Origin: Flavobacteriales bacterium
GTDB taxonomy: Bacteria; Bacteroidota; Bacteroidia; NS11-12g; UBA955
Direction of reading: 5' to 3'
DNA: 64,000 bases
NCBI GenBank assembly: GCA_947496375.1
Contig: CANMCY010000002.1
Coordinates: 127,116 to 191,115, forward strand
Part shown: positions 1 through 8,275 of the stretch, in pieces
Numbering within the stretch: the first letter of the stretch is position 1
Layout: each line of letters starts with the position of its first letter
Program-made: the position numbers and the translations under genes
Notes under the pieces: generated by a model
The model's input: only the letters and a program-made list of their open reading frames with translations
The model's database searches: none
Told to the model about the DNA's origin: nothing

Positions 1-570
1 CCATATCATGCCCAAAGGAATCAGCGTTCCGGTGACGATCGCCAACAAATCGCGAAAACCCACATTCTTAAAAATAATAGTGGCTATCAGCAATAGCAAG
101 GATGCCATCAGGTATTCAGTAACAAATAAAGACCCTAAACTGAGCAGAGCGGCGGCATAAAACAGCAGTTTAGGACTTTGATCACTTTGGTGCATCCGGA
201 AAAGAAATGCAAAAGATCCGATGATGAAGTAATTGGAGACCATCAGGGGATTGATGTGCAGGTTCTCCGGAAATATGCTGTTGGCCAGTATAAAAAACCA
301 GGCAGGCATAAAGGTAGGGGTGTACAAAACATCATGCAAATTGCACAGACGATTGAACAGCATGGCCTGGCTAAATACTACAAGAAAACCCAACAAAAGC
401 GATAACCATGGCCACTGTCTTACGGTATTGAAAAATGGCTCAAATACAACCCCATTCAATGTTTCCGGGCTTGCCGTAACGGTGAAAAGGGCTGGTAAAC
501 GCAGTAACAACGCTCCGAAAAACACGGCGAATACCGCTGAGGGGCCTATATGTCTGAAATAACGAAGCAT
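1..570 (-). CDS. Polytopic membrane protein (DUF6427-like), 3' end outside the window
   Basis: Not in the ORF track. Read by hand from ATG at 570: MLRYFRHIGPSAVFAVFFGALLLRLP...WLSLLLGFLVVFSQAMLFNRL..., open to position 1 with several hydrophobic helices. Starts 1 nt after the upstream gene's stop. Confidence 0.7.
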   Translation of the reverse strand, partial: MLRYFRHIGPSAVFAVFFGALLLRLPALFTVTASPETLNGVVFEPFFNTVRQWPWLSLLLGFLVVFSQAMLFNRLCNLHDVLYTPTFMPAWFFILANSIFPENLHINPLMVSNYFIIGSFAFLFRMHQSDQSPKLLFYAAALLSLGSLFVTEYLMASLLLLIATIIFKNVGFRDLLAIVTGTLIPLGMIW

Positions 571-571
571 T

Positions 572-2014
572 CTAATCCTGGGTTAGTTTCAGTAACAGGG
601 GTTTTTTATCCATGGTTAACGGAACCAAAAAGCGGTTGTAGCCGATTTGCTTTCCTTCCTGTGGTACAAAACCCGTGTATACCTCATCGCTGTTGAACAA
701 GACTTTTTGCAAAATTGCACCCTTTTTGTCTATGCTGACATGCATAACACGATTATTTTGGGTAACATTATCGTTATAAAGCAAATTCACGCTGTTATCA
801 CATACATAAACGGCTATTCCATTGTAAAATCCCGCACCGGCAAATCCACTTTGCCTTTTGTGTAACACCTTAAACCACTCCATCTCTGCATTGGGATTCA
901 GCGAAACAATCAGCACATCGTCATAATGATAAATATTTTTACTGCTGGTCTGGGGAATACCATTGATGTAAAAGGTCTCCAGATGCTGGGTTATATAAAA
1001 TTTTTCAGCAATAAGGAGGGTGCCCCCATCGTCGCGCGGAACCACTTTACGGACAAACAGATTTTCAGGCAAACGCCCCTTTTCCTGGGCTGTTGCACCT
1101 ATCAGCTCACTCACCAGATCCTCAGAAAAAACGGTTTTAGTTACAGGCGCTGAATTGCCTTCCTCTATGCTGTCGGCGAGTGACAACATCAGGCAACCAC
1201 CTGATCTTTCCTCCTTGTTTTCATCCCAGAAGCCACCCAGCACAAAACACCCCGTAAATTCATCCCTAACGAGTTCCATCCCGCTGACGTGGTAAGATGT
1301 TGTGTTGATTGGAAGTAAAGGTTTAAAACCGGCAACCGTGCCGAAAGCAGCAAAATAGCGGATTGGGGAGCGGCGTCCTGCTTCCTCGTCATAAGACACT
1401 GTGCATGCGTGTTGCCCCTCATTTCCGAGTGCGGCCTCCTCTATGGTTACCTGTTTAGCACTAAAAGGCACCAGGCAGTTGTGTTGTAATTTCCGGCCCG
1501 TAGGGAGATGAAAGAGGGTAACCCCCAGTTTTTGTAGCCCCTGTTCTGAAACACCCTCAGTCCATATCCCAATCCACTGCCGGTTAAAACTGTATTCTGC
1601 CGTTACAGCATCCATAGATTCCGGATTGTCCAATACACCCAGTGTGCCTGCGGACTCTTTGTCCAGACCGGGCGCAATGAGCCGGTACTGAAGCCATGTC
1701 TGTTGCCTGATTTTTTCAAGATACACCATGCAAATGCCACTGTCATAGGTAAATAGTTTAATAAGACGCGATTTCCGGCCCAGTTCAATCGGTTTCTCAT
1801 TAAGGTATTCAAGACTGTGGCTGCTGCGAATGATGGTGAAGTTTTTACGCATATCTGCGTCCCGGTAATTCATTAGATACACACCGCCGGCATTTTCCCC
1901 CAGTACACGGTAGTGGCTGTATAAAGATCGTCCGTCGGGCAATGCGTTCATGGTAACCCGCTGGGCTAAGAGTGGACAGACGCCCAGTAACCATGCTATC
2001 AAAATGACACGCAT
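572..2014 (-). CDS. Conserved hypothetical secreted protein (beta-rich, possibly a propeller)
   Basis: Part of ORF 572..2329. Likely start MRVILIAWLLGVCPLLAQ (signal peptide); the longer N-terminus overlaps hflX. Confidence 0.7.
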   Translation of the reverse strand: MRVILIAWLLGVCPLLAQRVTMNALPDGRSLYSHYRVLGENAGGVYLMNYRDADMRKNFTIIRSSHSLEYLNEKPIELGRKSRLIKLFTYDSGICMVYLEKIRQQTWLQYRLIAPGLDKESAGTLGVLDNPESMDAVTAEYSFNRQWIGIWTEGVSEQGLQKLGVTLFHLPTGRKLQHNCLVPFSAKQVTIEEAALGNEGQHACTVSYDEEAGRRSPIRYFAAFGTVAGFKPLLPINTTSYHVSGMELVRDEFTGCFVLGGFWDENKEERSGGCLMLSLADSIEEGNSAPVTKTVFSEDLVSELIGATAQEKGRLPENLFVRKVVPRDDGGTLLIAEKFYITQHLETFYINGIPQTSSKNIYHYDDVLIVSLNPNAEMEWFKVLHKRQSGFAGAGFYNGIAVYVCDNSVNLLYNDNVTQNNRVMHVSIDKKGAILQKVLFNSDEVYTGFVPQEGKQIGYNRFLVPLTMDKKPLLLKLTQD

Positions 2015-2066
2015 CAACCTGATTTCAAAATTCGCCTTCCCATGCGGCATTGCCAAACCAAAAGGG

Positions 2067-2074
2067 TAATTTTG
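2067..2074 (+). promoter_or_regulatory. Bacteroidota -7 promoter element (TAnnTTTG) for hflX
   Basis: TAATTTTG, 9 nt before ATG 2084. Confidence 0.6.
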
Positions 2075-2083
2075 CCCCAAATC

Positions 2084-3271
2084 ATGGGTAAAAACAAGGA
2101 AAATCTGCACAGTACCGAGAAAAAACAGGAATATGCCGTACTGGTAGGGGTAGATTTTCCGGCGCAGGAAGGTCGCCTGCATGAATACCTTGACGAACTG
2201 GAGCAGCTGGTATCTACCGCCGGAGCCATTACCCTGAAAAGATTTACCCAAAAACTTCCCCACCCTAACCCGAAAACCTATCTGGGAACGGGCAAACTGG
2301 AAGAACTGGTATTGTGGGTGAAAGATCACAATATCGATATGGTGGTATTTGATGATGAATTATCACCCAGCCAAATCCGAAACCTGGAGCAAGACATGCC
2401 TGATGTGAAGGTACTTAGCCGCACGCACCTGATTCTGGATATTTTTGCCCGAAATGCAAAAACAGCTCAGGCCAAGATTCAGGTAGAACTGGCACAAAGC
2501 GTATTCCTGCTGCCACGCCTTACCCGCATGTGGACGCACCTTAGCCGCCAGAAAGGGGGTATCGGACTCAGGGGGCCCGGAGAAACCGAAATAGAAACCG
2601 ACCGCCGTGCCCTGAGGAATAAAATCAGTGTGCTAAAAGAACGGTTGGCCCACATTGAAAAAACTTCCCGCACCCAGCGCGCTTCCAGAGAAGGCATGTA
2701 TCGTGTGGCTTTGGTGGGTTACACCAACGTGGGTAAAAGCACCATTATGAACCTGCTCAGCAAAGCCGATGTGCTGGTGGAAAACAAACTATTTGCCACG
2801 CTGGATGCCACGGTTCGTAAGCTAGTGCTGCCCCACCCCACAGACGAGTTGAAAACCATGCCCATCCTACTTAGTGATACCGTGGGTTTCATCCGTAAAC
2901 TGCCCACTCAGCTGGTGGAGAGCTTCAAAAGTACGCTGGCAGAGGCCCTTGAGGCGGATATGCTGGTGCATGTGGTCGATATTAGCAGCCCGCATTTTGA
3001 GGAACAAATGCGCTCGGTGAAAGAAACGCTACTGGCCATTGGCGCCGGTAACAAACCTGAACTGGTCGTTTTTAATAAAATTGACGCCTTCCGGGGTGCC
3101 CCCGATGATTTCTTTGTAGGCCAAACCGGCCTCACTGCTACACAATTTGAAAAAAGCTGGATTGCAAAGGAAAATGCACCGGCTGTTTTTATTTCGGCCA
3201 CGGGCAAAGACAATGTGGATGCGCTGAAAAAAGTACTGACGGAGTTGTTGTTGAAGTTACGGATACAATAA
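2084..3271 (+). CDS. hflX: GTPase HflX
   Basis: GYTNVGKST (G1), LFATLD, DTVGFI (G3), NKID (G4), and the GPGETEIETDRR signature. Confidence 0.97.
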   Translation: MGKNKENLHSTEKKQEYAVLVGVDFPAQEGRLHEYLDELEQLVSTAGAITLKRFTQKLPHPNPKTYLGTGKLEELVLWVKDHNIDMVVFDDELSPSQIRNLEQDMPDVKVLSRTHLILDIFARNAKTAQAKIQVELAQSVFLLPRLTRMWTHLSRQKGGIGLRGPGETEIETDRRALRNKISVLKERLAHIEKTSRTQRASREGMYRVALVGYTNVGKSTIMNLLSKADVLVENKLFATLDATVRKLVLPHPTDELKTMPILLSDTVGFIRKLPTQLVESFKSTLAEALEADMLVHVVDISSPHFEEQMRSVKETLLAIGAGNKPELVVFNKIDAFRGAPDDFFVGQTGLTATQFEKSWIAKENAPAVFISATGKDNVDALKKVLTELLLKLRIQ

Positions 3272-3320
3272 TAACCTATTTGAATAATTAATATTATTTT
3301 AGTATATTTGATATTGATTT

Positions 3321-3551
3321 ATGACAAAAAAGCAGATTATAGAAAAAACTATTCAAGTCATCAATAAACTACCCACTGATAAAGCTTTAGAGATATCGGA
3401 TTTTGCTGAATTTATATCAAAAAAATACGAAAATTATATTTTAAATGAAGGTATCCAACATTTGGTAAGCGAAAGTCAATCCTTTGATTTTTTATCTGAT
3501 GAGGAAGATCTCTACACTGAAAAAGATATAAAGCAACACCACAATAGCTAA
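3321..3551 (+). CDS. Small acidic protein, probable antitoxin (DUF2281-like)
   Basis: AT-rich 76 aa ORF (INKLPTDKALEISDFAEFI...FDFLSDEEDLY) resembling antitoxins found upstream of PemK/MazF toxins. Own TATATTTG at 3303-3310. Confidence 0.6.
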   Translation: MTKKQIIEKTIQVINKLPTDKALEISDFAEFISKKYENYILNEGIQHLVSESQSFDFLSDEEDLYTEKDIKQHHNS

Positions 3552-3585
3552 AGGAGCCGTCATTTAAATTACATTTCCTTTACAT
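3544..3585 (+). pseudogene. Remnant of the 5' end of a PemK/MazF-family toxin gene
   Basis: ATA GCT AAA GGA GCC GTC ATT TAA ATT ACA TTT CCT reads I-A-K-G-A-V-I-*-I-T-F-P, compared with a typical M-x-K-G-D-I-V-L-I-x-F-P-F N-terminus. Overlaps the antitoxin stop. Confidence 0.5.
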
Positions 3586-3593
3586 CTCTCTGC

Positions 3594-4238
3594 ATGCACC
3601 CTTTCACCCCCGAACAGCAAGCAGCCCAATTGCGAAAACCCCATGGCGAAGGTGCTGAAGCCATTGCCGCCTATATGCGTGAGTTAAACCGGGAACTATA
3701 TACGCATGTTGTAAATCATTTGTTGCCTGCCAAAAATCTTTCGCTGCTGGAACTGGGTTTTGGAGAAGGTATCGTGCCTGAAATACTTGATCAGCATAAC
3801 GCAACGCTGCATTATACCGGGATTGATTTCTCTGATGAAATGGTGAAAATGGCCACTGCCAAACATATTCCGGGAGCGCGTTTTGTGAGGGGCGATATAG
3901 GTCACATGCCTTTTTCCGATCAAACATTCGATGTGGTTTTTGGCATCAATGTGCTGTATTTCTGGGAAACCCCGGAAAAGGAACTATCAGAAATCCTGAG
4001 GGTGCTGAAGACCGGCGGTCTGCTAATGCTTGGCTATCGCCCCAAAACCTTTATGCAGGCCATACCCTTCACCCAATTCGGTTTTACGCTCTATGAAACA
4101 ACAGCGCTTGAAACTTTGCTGGCAAAAAACGGTTTTGAAGAAATTTCCACCGAAACAACCGAAGAGCCCGACCGTATCATCTCGGGAAAACTAAAACCGA
4201 TGCAGCACGCAGTCACCCTGGCAAAGAAACCTGCCTAA
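3594..4238 (+). CDS. Class I SAM-dependent methyltransferase
   Basis: LLELGFGEG motif I, GIDFS, FDVVF, RVLKTGG. Confidence 0.9.
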   Translation: MHPFTPEQQAAQLRKPHGEGAEAIAAYMRELNRELYTHVVNHLLPAKNLSLLELGFGEGIVPEILDQHNATLHYTGIDFSDEMVKMATAKHIPGARFVRGDIGHMPFSDQTFDVVFGINVLYFWETPEKELSEILRVLKTGGLLMLGYRPKTFMQAIPFTQFGFTLYETTALETLLAKNGFEEISTETTEEPDRIISGKLKPMQHAVTLAKKPA

Positions 4239-4296
4239 CCTTAATATACGAAAAATTACCCAATTTTCCAAATAAATCGGGTAAGTTTGCATTATC

Positions 4297-4827
4297 ATGA
4301 ACATACGCATGCCTTTCAACCTGAATCAGTGGATTGAGGAAAACAAGCACCTGCTGAAACCCCCGGTGGCCAATAAAAATCTCTATCCCGAAGGCACCGA
4401 CTACATCGTGATGATTGTGGGAGGTCCCAACGCCCGCAAAGACTACCATTACAACGAAACAGAAGAACTTTTCTACCAGCTTGAAGGGGAAGCCCTCATC
4501 AAAATTCAGGTAGACGGCAAATGTGTGGAAGTGCCCTTAAAAGCTGGCGATATGTACCTGCATCCCGCCGGTGTGCCTCATAGCCCCGGTCGCATGGCCG
4601 GCGGTGTGGGCCTCGTTATTGAGCGGGTACGCGAAAACAAAGGATACAAAGACGGACTGCTGTGGTTTTGCGACAAATGCAACACCAAACTGCACGAAAC
4701 CTACTTTGAACTGCAGAATATAGAAACTGATTTTCTGCCCCATTTTAAACACTATTACGGCTCAGAAGAACTGCGCACCTGCAAAACCTGCGGTCATGTA
4801 ATGGAAGCAGATCCTCGTTTTGTATAA
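4297..4827 (+). CDS. nbaC: 3-hydroxyanthranilate 3,4-dioxygenase
   Basis: VGGPNARKDYHYNETEELFYQ, VPHSP, rubredoxin-like CDKC/CKTC pairs. TAAGTTTG at 4282-4289. Confidence 0.95.
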   Translation: MNIRMPFNLNQWIEENKHLLKPPVANKNLYPEGTDYIVMIVGGPNARKDYHYNETEELFYQLEGEALIKIQVDGKCVEVPLKAGDMYLHPAGVPHSPGRMAGGVGLVIERVRENKGYKDGLLWFCDKCNTKLHETYFELQNIETDFLPHFKHYYGSEELRTCKTCGHVMEADPRFV

Positions 4828-4836
4828 AGCAGTTTT

Positions 4837-5979
4837 ATGAGGTTTTTCCCGCTGCTTATTTGTTTAGGGCTGTCAACCCCACTGCTCTCGCAGGTAGTGA
4901 ATACCGGTTTTGTGGATACCGCCGGCGGCGAACACCTGGGTAAAATTACGCTGGGCGCCTGTGTGGATGTGTATGCCAACAGCAGCGGAGCGGGGAAAAC
5001 ATTGCCCTACATGGTTTCTTCAGCGCAAAACAACACCTTCGGCGTAAACCTCGCTATGCTCGACATTCGCTATCAGACCACGGGGATAAGAGCTCGGCTG
5101 GTACCCGCGTTTGGAACCTACATGAATGCCAACATGGCCAATGAACCCGGCACCTTGAAAAACCTGCTCGAAGCCAGCGTGGGTGTGCGGATTTCCAAAA
5201 AATTAAACCTGTGGATGGATGCTGGTATTCTGGGCTCGCCCTATACCAATGAAAACCCCGTAAGCAAAGACCAGCTCATGTATTCCCGTTCATTATCTGC
5301 CGAAAATTCACCGTATTACCTAAGCGGGGTTAAACTGGGATTGCCCCTGCGCGAAAACGTCCGTTTCTATGCCTATCTCATCAATGGCTGGCAACAAATT
5401 CAGGATCATAATGAGCAACTTTCACTGGGAACCCAACTGGAATGGCAGCCGGGTAAAAACCACATCATCAACTGGAACACCTATATCGGTAATGAAAAAA
5501 GCATTGACCACCCAAATTTCGGTACCCGCTATTTTACCGACCTCTACTGGATAGGCAAATTGGGCAAAAAATGGGATGTGTCTGCCTGCGTGTATGCCGG
5601 AGTTCAGCGCTATACCTCGCTGCGAACTGACAGTCTTATGCCCATTCCCGACCATGCTGACTATAAACAATATACCTGGTGGAATGCCAATGTGCAGGTG
5701 AAGTATGCTTTTAACTCTAAATTATCGCTTTCAGGACGTTTGGAGTGGTTTGATGATGCCAACAATATCTTTCAAACACCTATGCATCATGCTATTAAGG
5801 GGTATAGAACCGGCAGTTATGGATTTTGTTTAAACCGAAAAATTGAAGATCATGCCCTGCTGAGACTGGAATACCGTCGCTTCTTTAGCGGCAGTGATGC
5901 GATTTCTATTTACCCGTTTGACAGTGGATACCGCGACAACCTGGATGTAGTCAGCGCCTCGATGTTTGTGTGGTTTTAA
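4837..5979 (+). CDS. Outer-membrane beta-barrel porin (BBP2/OmpL-like)
   Basis: Signal peptide, YSRSLSAENSPYYLSGVK and INGWQ motifs, terminal aromatic residue (VWF). Confidence 0.8.
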   Translation: MRFFPLLICLGLSTPLLSQVVNTGFVDTAGGEHLGKITLGACVDVYANSSGAGKTLPYMVSSAQNNTFGVNLAMLDIRYQTTGIRARLVPAFGTYMNANMANEPGTLKNLLEASVGVRISKKLNLWMDAGILGSPYTNENPVSKDQLMYSRSLSAENSPYYLSGVKLGLPLRENVRFYAYLINGWQQIQDHNEQLSLGTQLEWQPGKNHIINWNTYIGNEKSIDHPNFGTRYFTDLYWIGKLGKKWDVSACVYAGVQRYTSLRTDSLMPIPDHADYKQYTWWNANVQVKYAFNSKLSLSGRLEWFDDANNIFQTPMHHAIKGYRTGSYGFCLNRKIEDHALLRLEYRRFFSGSDAISIYPFDSGYRDNLDVVSASMFVWF

Positions 5980-6036
5980 AGATGATACAACTGCTTGGCT
6001 AAAATGTGGGGAGACAAACTTCCATTCAACTCCCAA

Positions 6037-6105
6037 AACCCCGAAGGGGTGGCATTATTATAGCACCAACGGTGCGGTAAATCCCGAACCCCGTAGGGGT
6101 GACAT
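6037..6105. repeat. REP-like doublet, left copy of a 69-bp direct repeat
   Basis: AACCCCGAAGGGGTGGCAT (6037-6055) and AACCCCGTAGGGGTGACAT (6087-6105), 50 bp apart, with an internal hairpin GCACC-AAC-GGTGC. Matches 7402-7470 at 62 of 69 positions. Confidence 0.85.
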
Positions 6106-6128
6106 AAAAAACAATGTTGTATATTTAT

Positions 6129-6157
6129 AAAAAAACCCGAAGTCGGGCGACTTCGGG
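6129..6157 (-). terminator. Probable intrinsic terminator of the lipoprotein gene; also a repeated hairpin
   Basis: Perfect 9-bp stem CCCGAAGTC-GGGC-GACTTCGGG followed by T7 on the minus strand. Near-identical hairpin at 7248-7271. Confidence 0.65.
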
Positions 6158-6190
6158 CTGTGTGTTAGCTATTGAGCTATTATGGTTTAG

Positions 6191-6571
6191 TTATTCTAAT
6201 GTTAATGTGAGTTCCAAATCTTTGCCTGCTACTATTTGAATTTGACCTTCTCCATAATATTCATCACTGCCTACAACATGATAACAGTCGTAATAATAGT
6301 TTCCAGGATTTAACTGTCCAAAATTTGCTTGGCCATTAGAATTAGTTACTTTTTCTTGTAAATAAATTGAATTGTCAAGATTTGCTTGAGATGTAGCAAG
6401 TCCAACATCAACACCTGTTAAAAAACCTGTAGAACCCTCTAGTTTAACTTTAACAACCAAACCACCCGTCGTAGGTGTTGGAGCAGGATCTTCTTTGGAA
6501 CAAGAATTTAGAGAGAACGTACCCATTAGCAGCACTAATGCCAAACCAAGATTGTAAATTGTTTTTTTCAT
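6191..6571 (-). CDS. Small lipoprotein with a transthyretin/carboxypeptidase-regulatory-like beta-sandwich
   Basis: Lipobox LNSC followed by SKED, TNSNGQANFGQLNPGNYY motif, AT-rich. Confidence 0.8.
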   Translation of the reverse strand: MKKTIYNLGLALVLLMGTFSLNSCSKEDPAPTPTTGGLVVKVKLEGSTGFLTGVDVGLATSQANLDNSIYLQEKVTNSNGQANFGQLNPGNYYYDCYHVVGSDEYYGEGQIQIVAGKDLELTLTLE

Positions 6572-6721
6572 GTTTTGAGTTAATATTTAATTGTTTTCAA
6601 CACTAACCCATAACAATAAGAATTCAAAACACGTGTAGATTGTATTTTCCACTTTTTATGAACACTACCCTATTTGTTGTGCTTTTGTCGTTTTAATTGT
6701 ATTATAATTTAGTTTAACCCC

Positions 6722-7120
6722 ATGTTTGCACACAAAACCACCGAATACAAGCAGCCGGGGAACATCGGCAATAAAATCAAAATGGTGCGTGAAAGCATAA
6801 ACCTCTCTCAGGAGTACGTAGCTACCAAACTGAATATCAGCCAGCAAACTTACTCCCGTATAAAGAAAAATCTGGATAATATTTCCGTTTCACGCCTGCG
6901 TGAATTATCCTCCATTCTGGGTGTGACGATCAATACGCTGGTAGGCGAAGATGACTTGTGTATACAACAAAATTACAACCAGAAGGGTGGCAATGCCGGC
7001 ACTGTAATGAATGTGTAAGGCCCGACAGACAGCGAGCGAAAAGTGTATGAAGAACGCATCAACGACCTGAAACAACAACTGGAGGCCATGCAGAAGCTGT
7101 TGCTGGCGTTGAGTAAGTAG
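6722..7120 (+). pseudogene. XRE-family HTH regulator with an internal stop at 7016-7018
   Basis: HTH IGNKIKMVRESINLSQEYVATKLNISQQTYSRI. After the TAA the frame continues for 33 codons (GPTDSERKVYEERINDLKQQLEAMQKLLLALSK) to TAG at 7118-7120. Confidence 0.7.
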
Positions 7121-7123
7121 TGT

Positions 7124-7213
7124 GGTTTATTGGTTCATCAGTTTATTGGTGTATTGGTTTATTAGTCTATTGGTGATGTGCATTTACCTAATAAACCAAT
7201 CAACAATTAAACT
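7124..7213. repeat. Degenerate 8-bp tandem repeat followed by inverted copies
   Basis: GGTTTATT GGTTCATC AGTTTATT GGTGTATT GGTTTATT AGTCTATT (7124-7171), then AATAAACC AATCAAC AATTAAACT (7190-7213). Confidence 0.75.
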
Positions 7214-7247
7214 GGTTACAATTAATACAGCAGGGTTGTGAAATAAA

Positions 7248-7271
7248 ACCCAAAGTCGGGAGACTTCGGGT
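7248..7271. repeat. Second copy of the CCCGAAGTC/GACTTCGGG hairpin
   Basis: ACCCAAAGTC-GGGA-GACTTCGGGT. Confidence 0.7.
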
Positions 7272-7322
7272 AGCGGTGCAAAGTAGCTGGGATAACGCAG
7301 CCTTAGGGCAGTGGATGCATTA

Positions 7323-7470
7323 ATGCCACCCCTTCGGGGTTCCTATTACCGTCTATTTGGTTATTATTATCATTCCGCTCCTCCGGAGCTGTTTACAAAA
7401 AAACCCCGAAGGGGTGATATTATTATAGCACCAACGGTGCGATACATCCCAAACCCCGAAGGGGTGGCAT
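7323..7470. repeat. Cluster of four REP-like palindromes (inverted doublet plus direct doublet; REPIN/BIME-like)
   Basis: Minus orientation: ATGCCACCCCTTCGGGGTT (7323-7341) and ATTCCGCTCCTCCGGAGCT (7372-7390). Plus orientation: AACCCCGAAGGGGTGATAT (7402-7420) and AACCCCGAAGGGGTGGCAT (7452-7470). Confidence 0.85.
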
Positions 7471-7505
7471 ACATTCAATTGAGCTAGGTTGTGAAATAAG
7501 ACCTT

Positions 7506-8132
7506 TCAGTCCTGCATTCCCTTTCCCTGTAAAATCCTGTCTCTGTTTTTGGCAATTCTGTCAATGCGGGTTTGGGATTGTTTGGCACCCCCAAAATAGA
7601 GGATATAGCCCCTTTGCCTGCCCGGTGTTAATGCAAAAAACGCTGAAGACAGCTCTGCATCCGATTTGATGGCCTGCTGGAGCTCCTCACACATGGGCTG
7701 CTGTTCCGGTGAGTTGAAAGTCACTTTCTGTCCGGATTCTTCTATCAAAATGGCCTCTTTGAGGTAACCCATAATACTGGAAGACTGCGCTGTTACCTCT
7801 TCAGGCGCCGTAAACTTCATGTATCGTGCTGACTGACTGTTCTCACCGGGTTTCACCAGAAGATTTTCCGGATCTTTCATCAGTGCGCCTTTTAAGAAAC
7901 TGAGGGTGGCACAGCCCTTTAATACCCCCAGCAACACTACATTTTTCTTTCCTGTCACATAGCAGGGCACGCCCCACTTACGGGTTTCTGTGAGACCGCT
8001 TTCAAGCACCAGGTCCCTCAACAATATCAACTCATCCCGCCAGGTGTGAACCTTACATGCCGGCGTTCCTCCAAGCGAGCAGCGTCCGCAACCCTCCATA
8101 AAAAAAACGTCTGCTTCGGAAACGGCTCTCAC
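7506..8132 (-). CDS. YdeI/OmpD-associated family protein (DUF1801 + OmdA domains)
   Basis: GCGRC N-terminus, KWGVPCY, FFALTPGRQRGY, AKQSQTRIDRI. Confidence 0.9.
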   Translation of the reverse strand: MRAVSEADVFFMEGCGRCSLGGTPACKVHTWRDELILLRDLVLESGLTETRKWGVPCYVTGKKNVVLLGVLKGCATLSFLKGALMKDPENLLVKPGENSQSARYMKFTAPEEVTAQSSSIMGYLKEAILIEESGQKVTFNSPEQQPMCEELQQAIKSDAELSSAFFALTPGRQRGYILYFGGAKQSQTRIDRIAKNRDRILQGKGMQD

Positions 8133-8275
8133 AAAGGCAAAAATATGCTATTGCGATTGAACCCATTACAACAGATTCAATCATTTTTACCCGCAAAACC
8201 TAAGGATTGTCATATTTATTCCAAAAAATTCCGGATTTCAAGGTCAAATCCGCCACCTGCATTATATTTGTTATT

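Noticed and set aside
178-562. Plus-strand ORFs of 75 and 109 aa
   Set aside because: Shadows of the minus-strand membrane protein gene 570 to <1.
2015-2329. Apparent long overlap of ORF 572..2329 with hflX; similar extensions at 15955, 19468, 31786, 35229, 35596 and 40083
   Set aside because: Artefacts of longest-ORF calling. Signal peptides, family N-termini and -7 boxes point to later starts.
7016-7018. Stop-codon reassignment or programmed read-through
   Set aside because: TAA terminates many conserved genes in the window (hflX, gap, tyrS). A single nonsense mutation is simpler.
6037-7470. Palindromic repeats with ~31-nt gaps resembling a mini CRISPR array
   Set aside because: Only two units per cluster, the 'spacer' is itself repeated, orientations are mixed, and no cas genes are present. 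This fits REP doublets.
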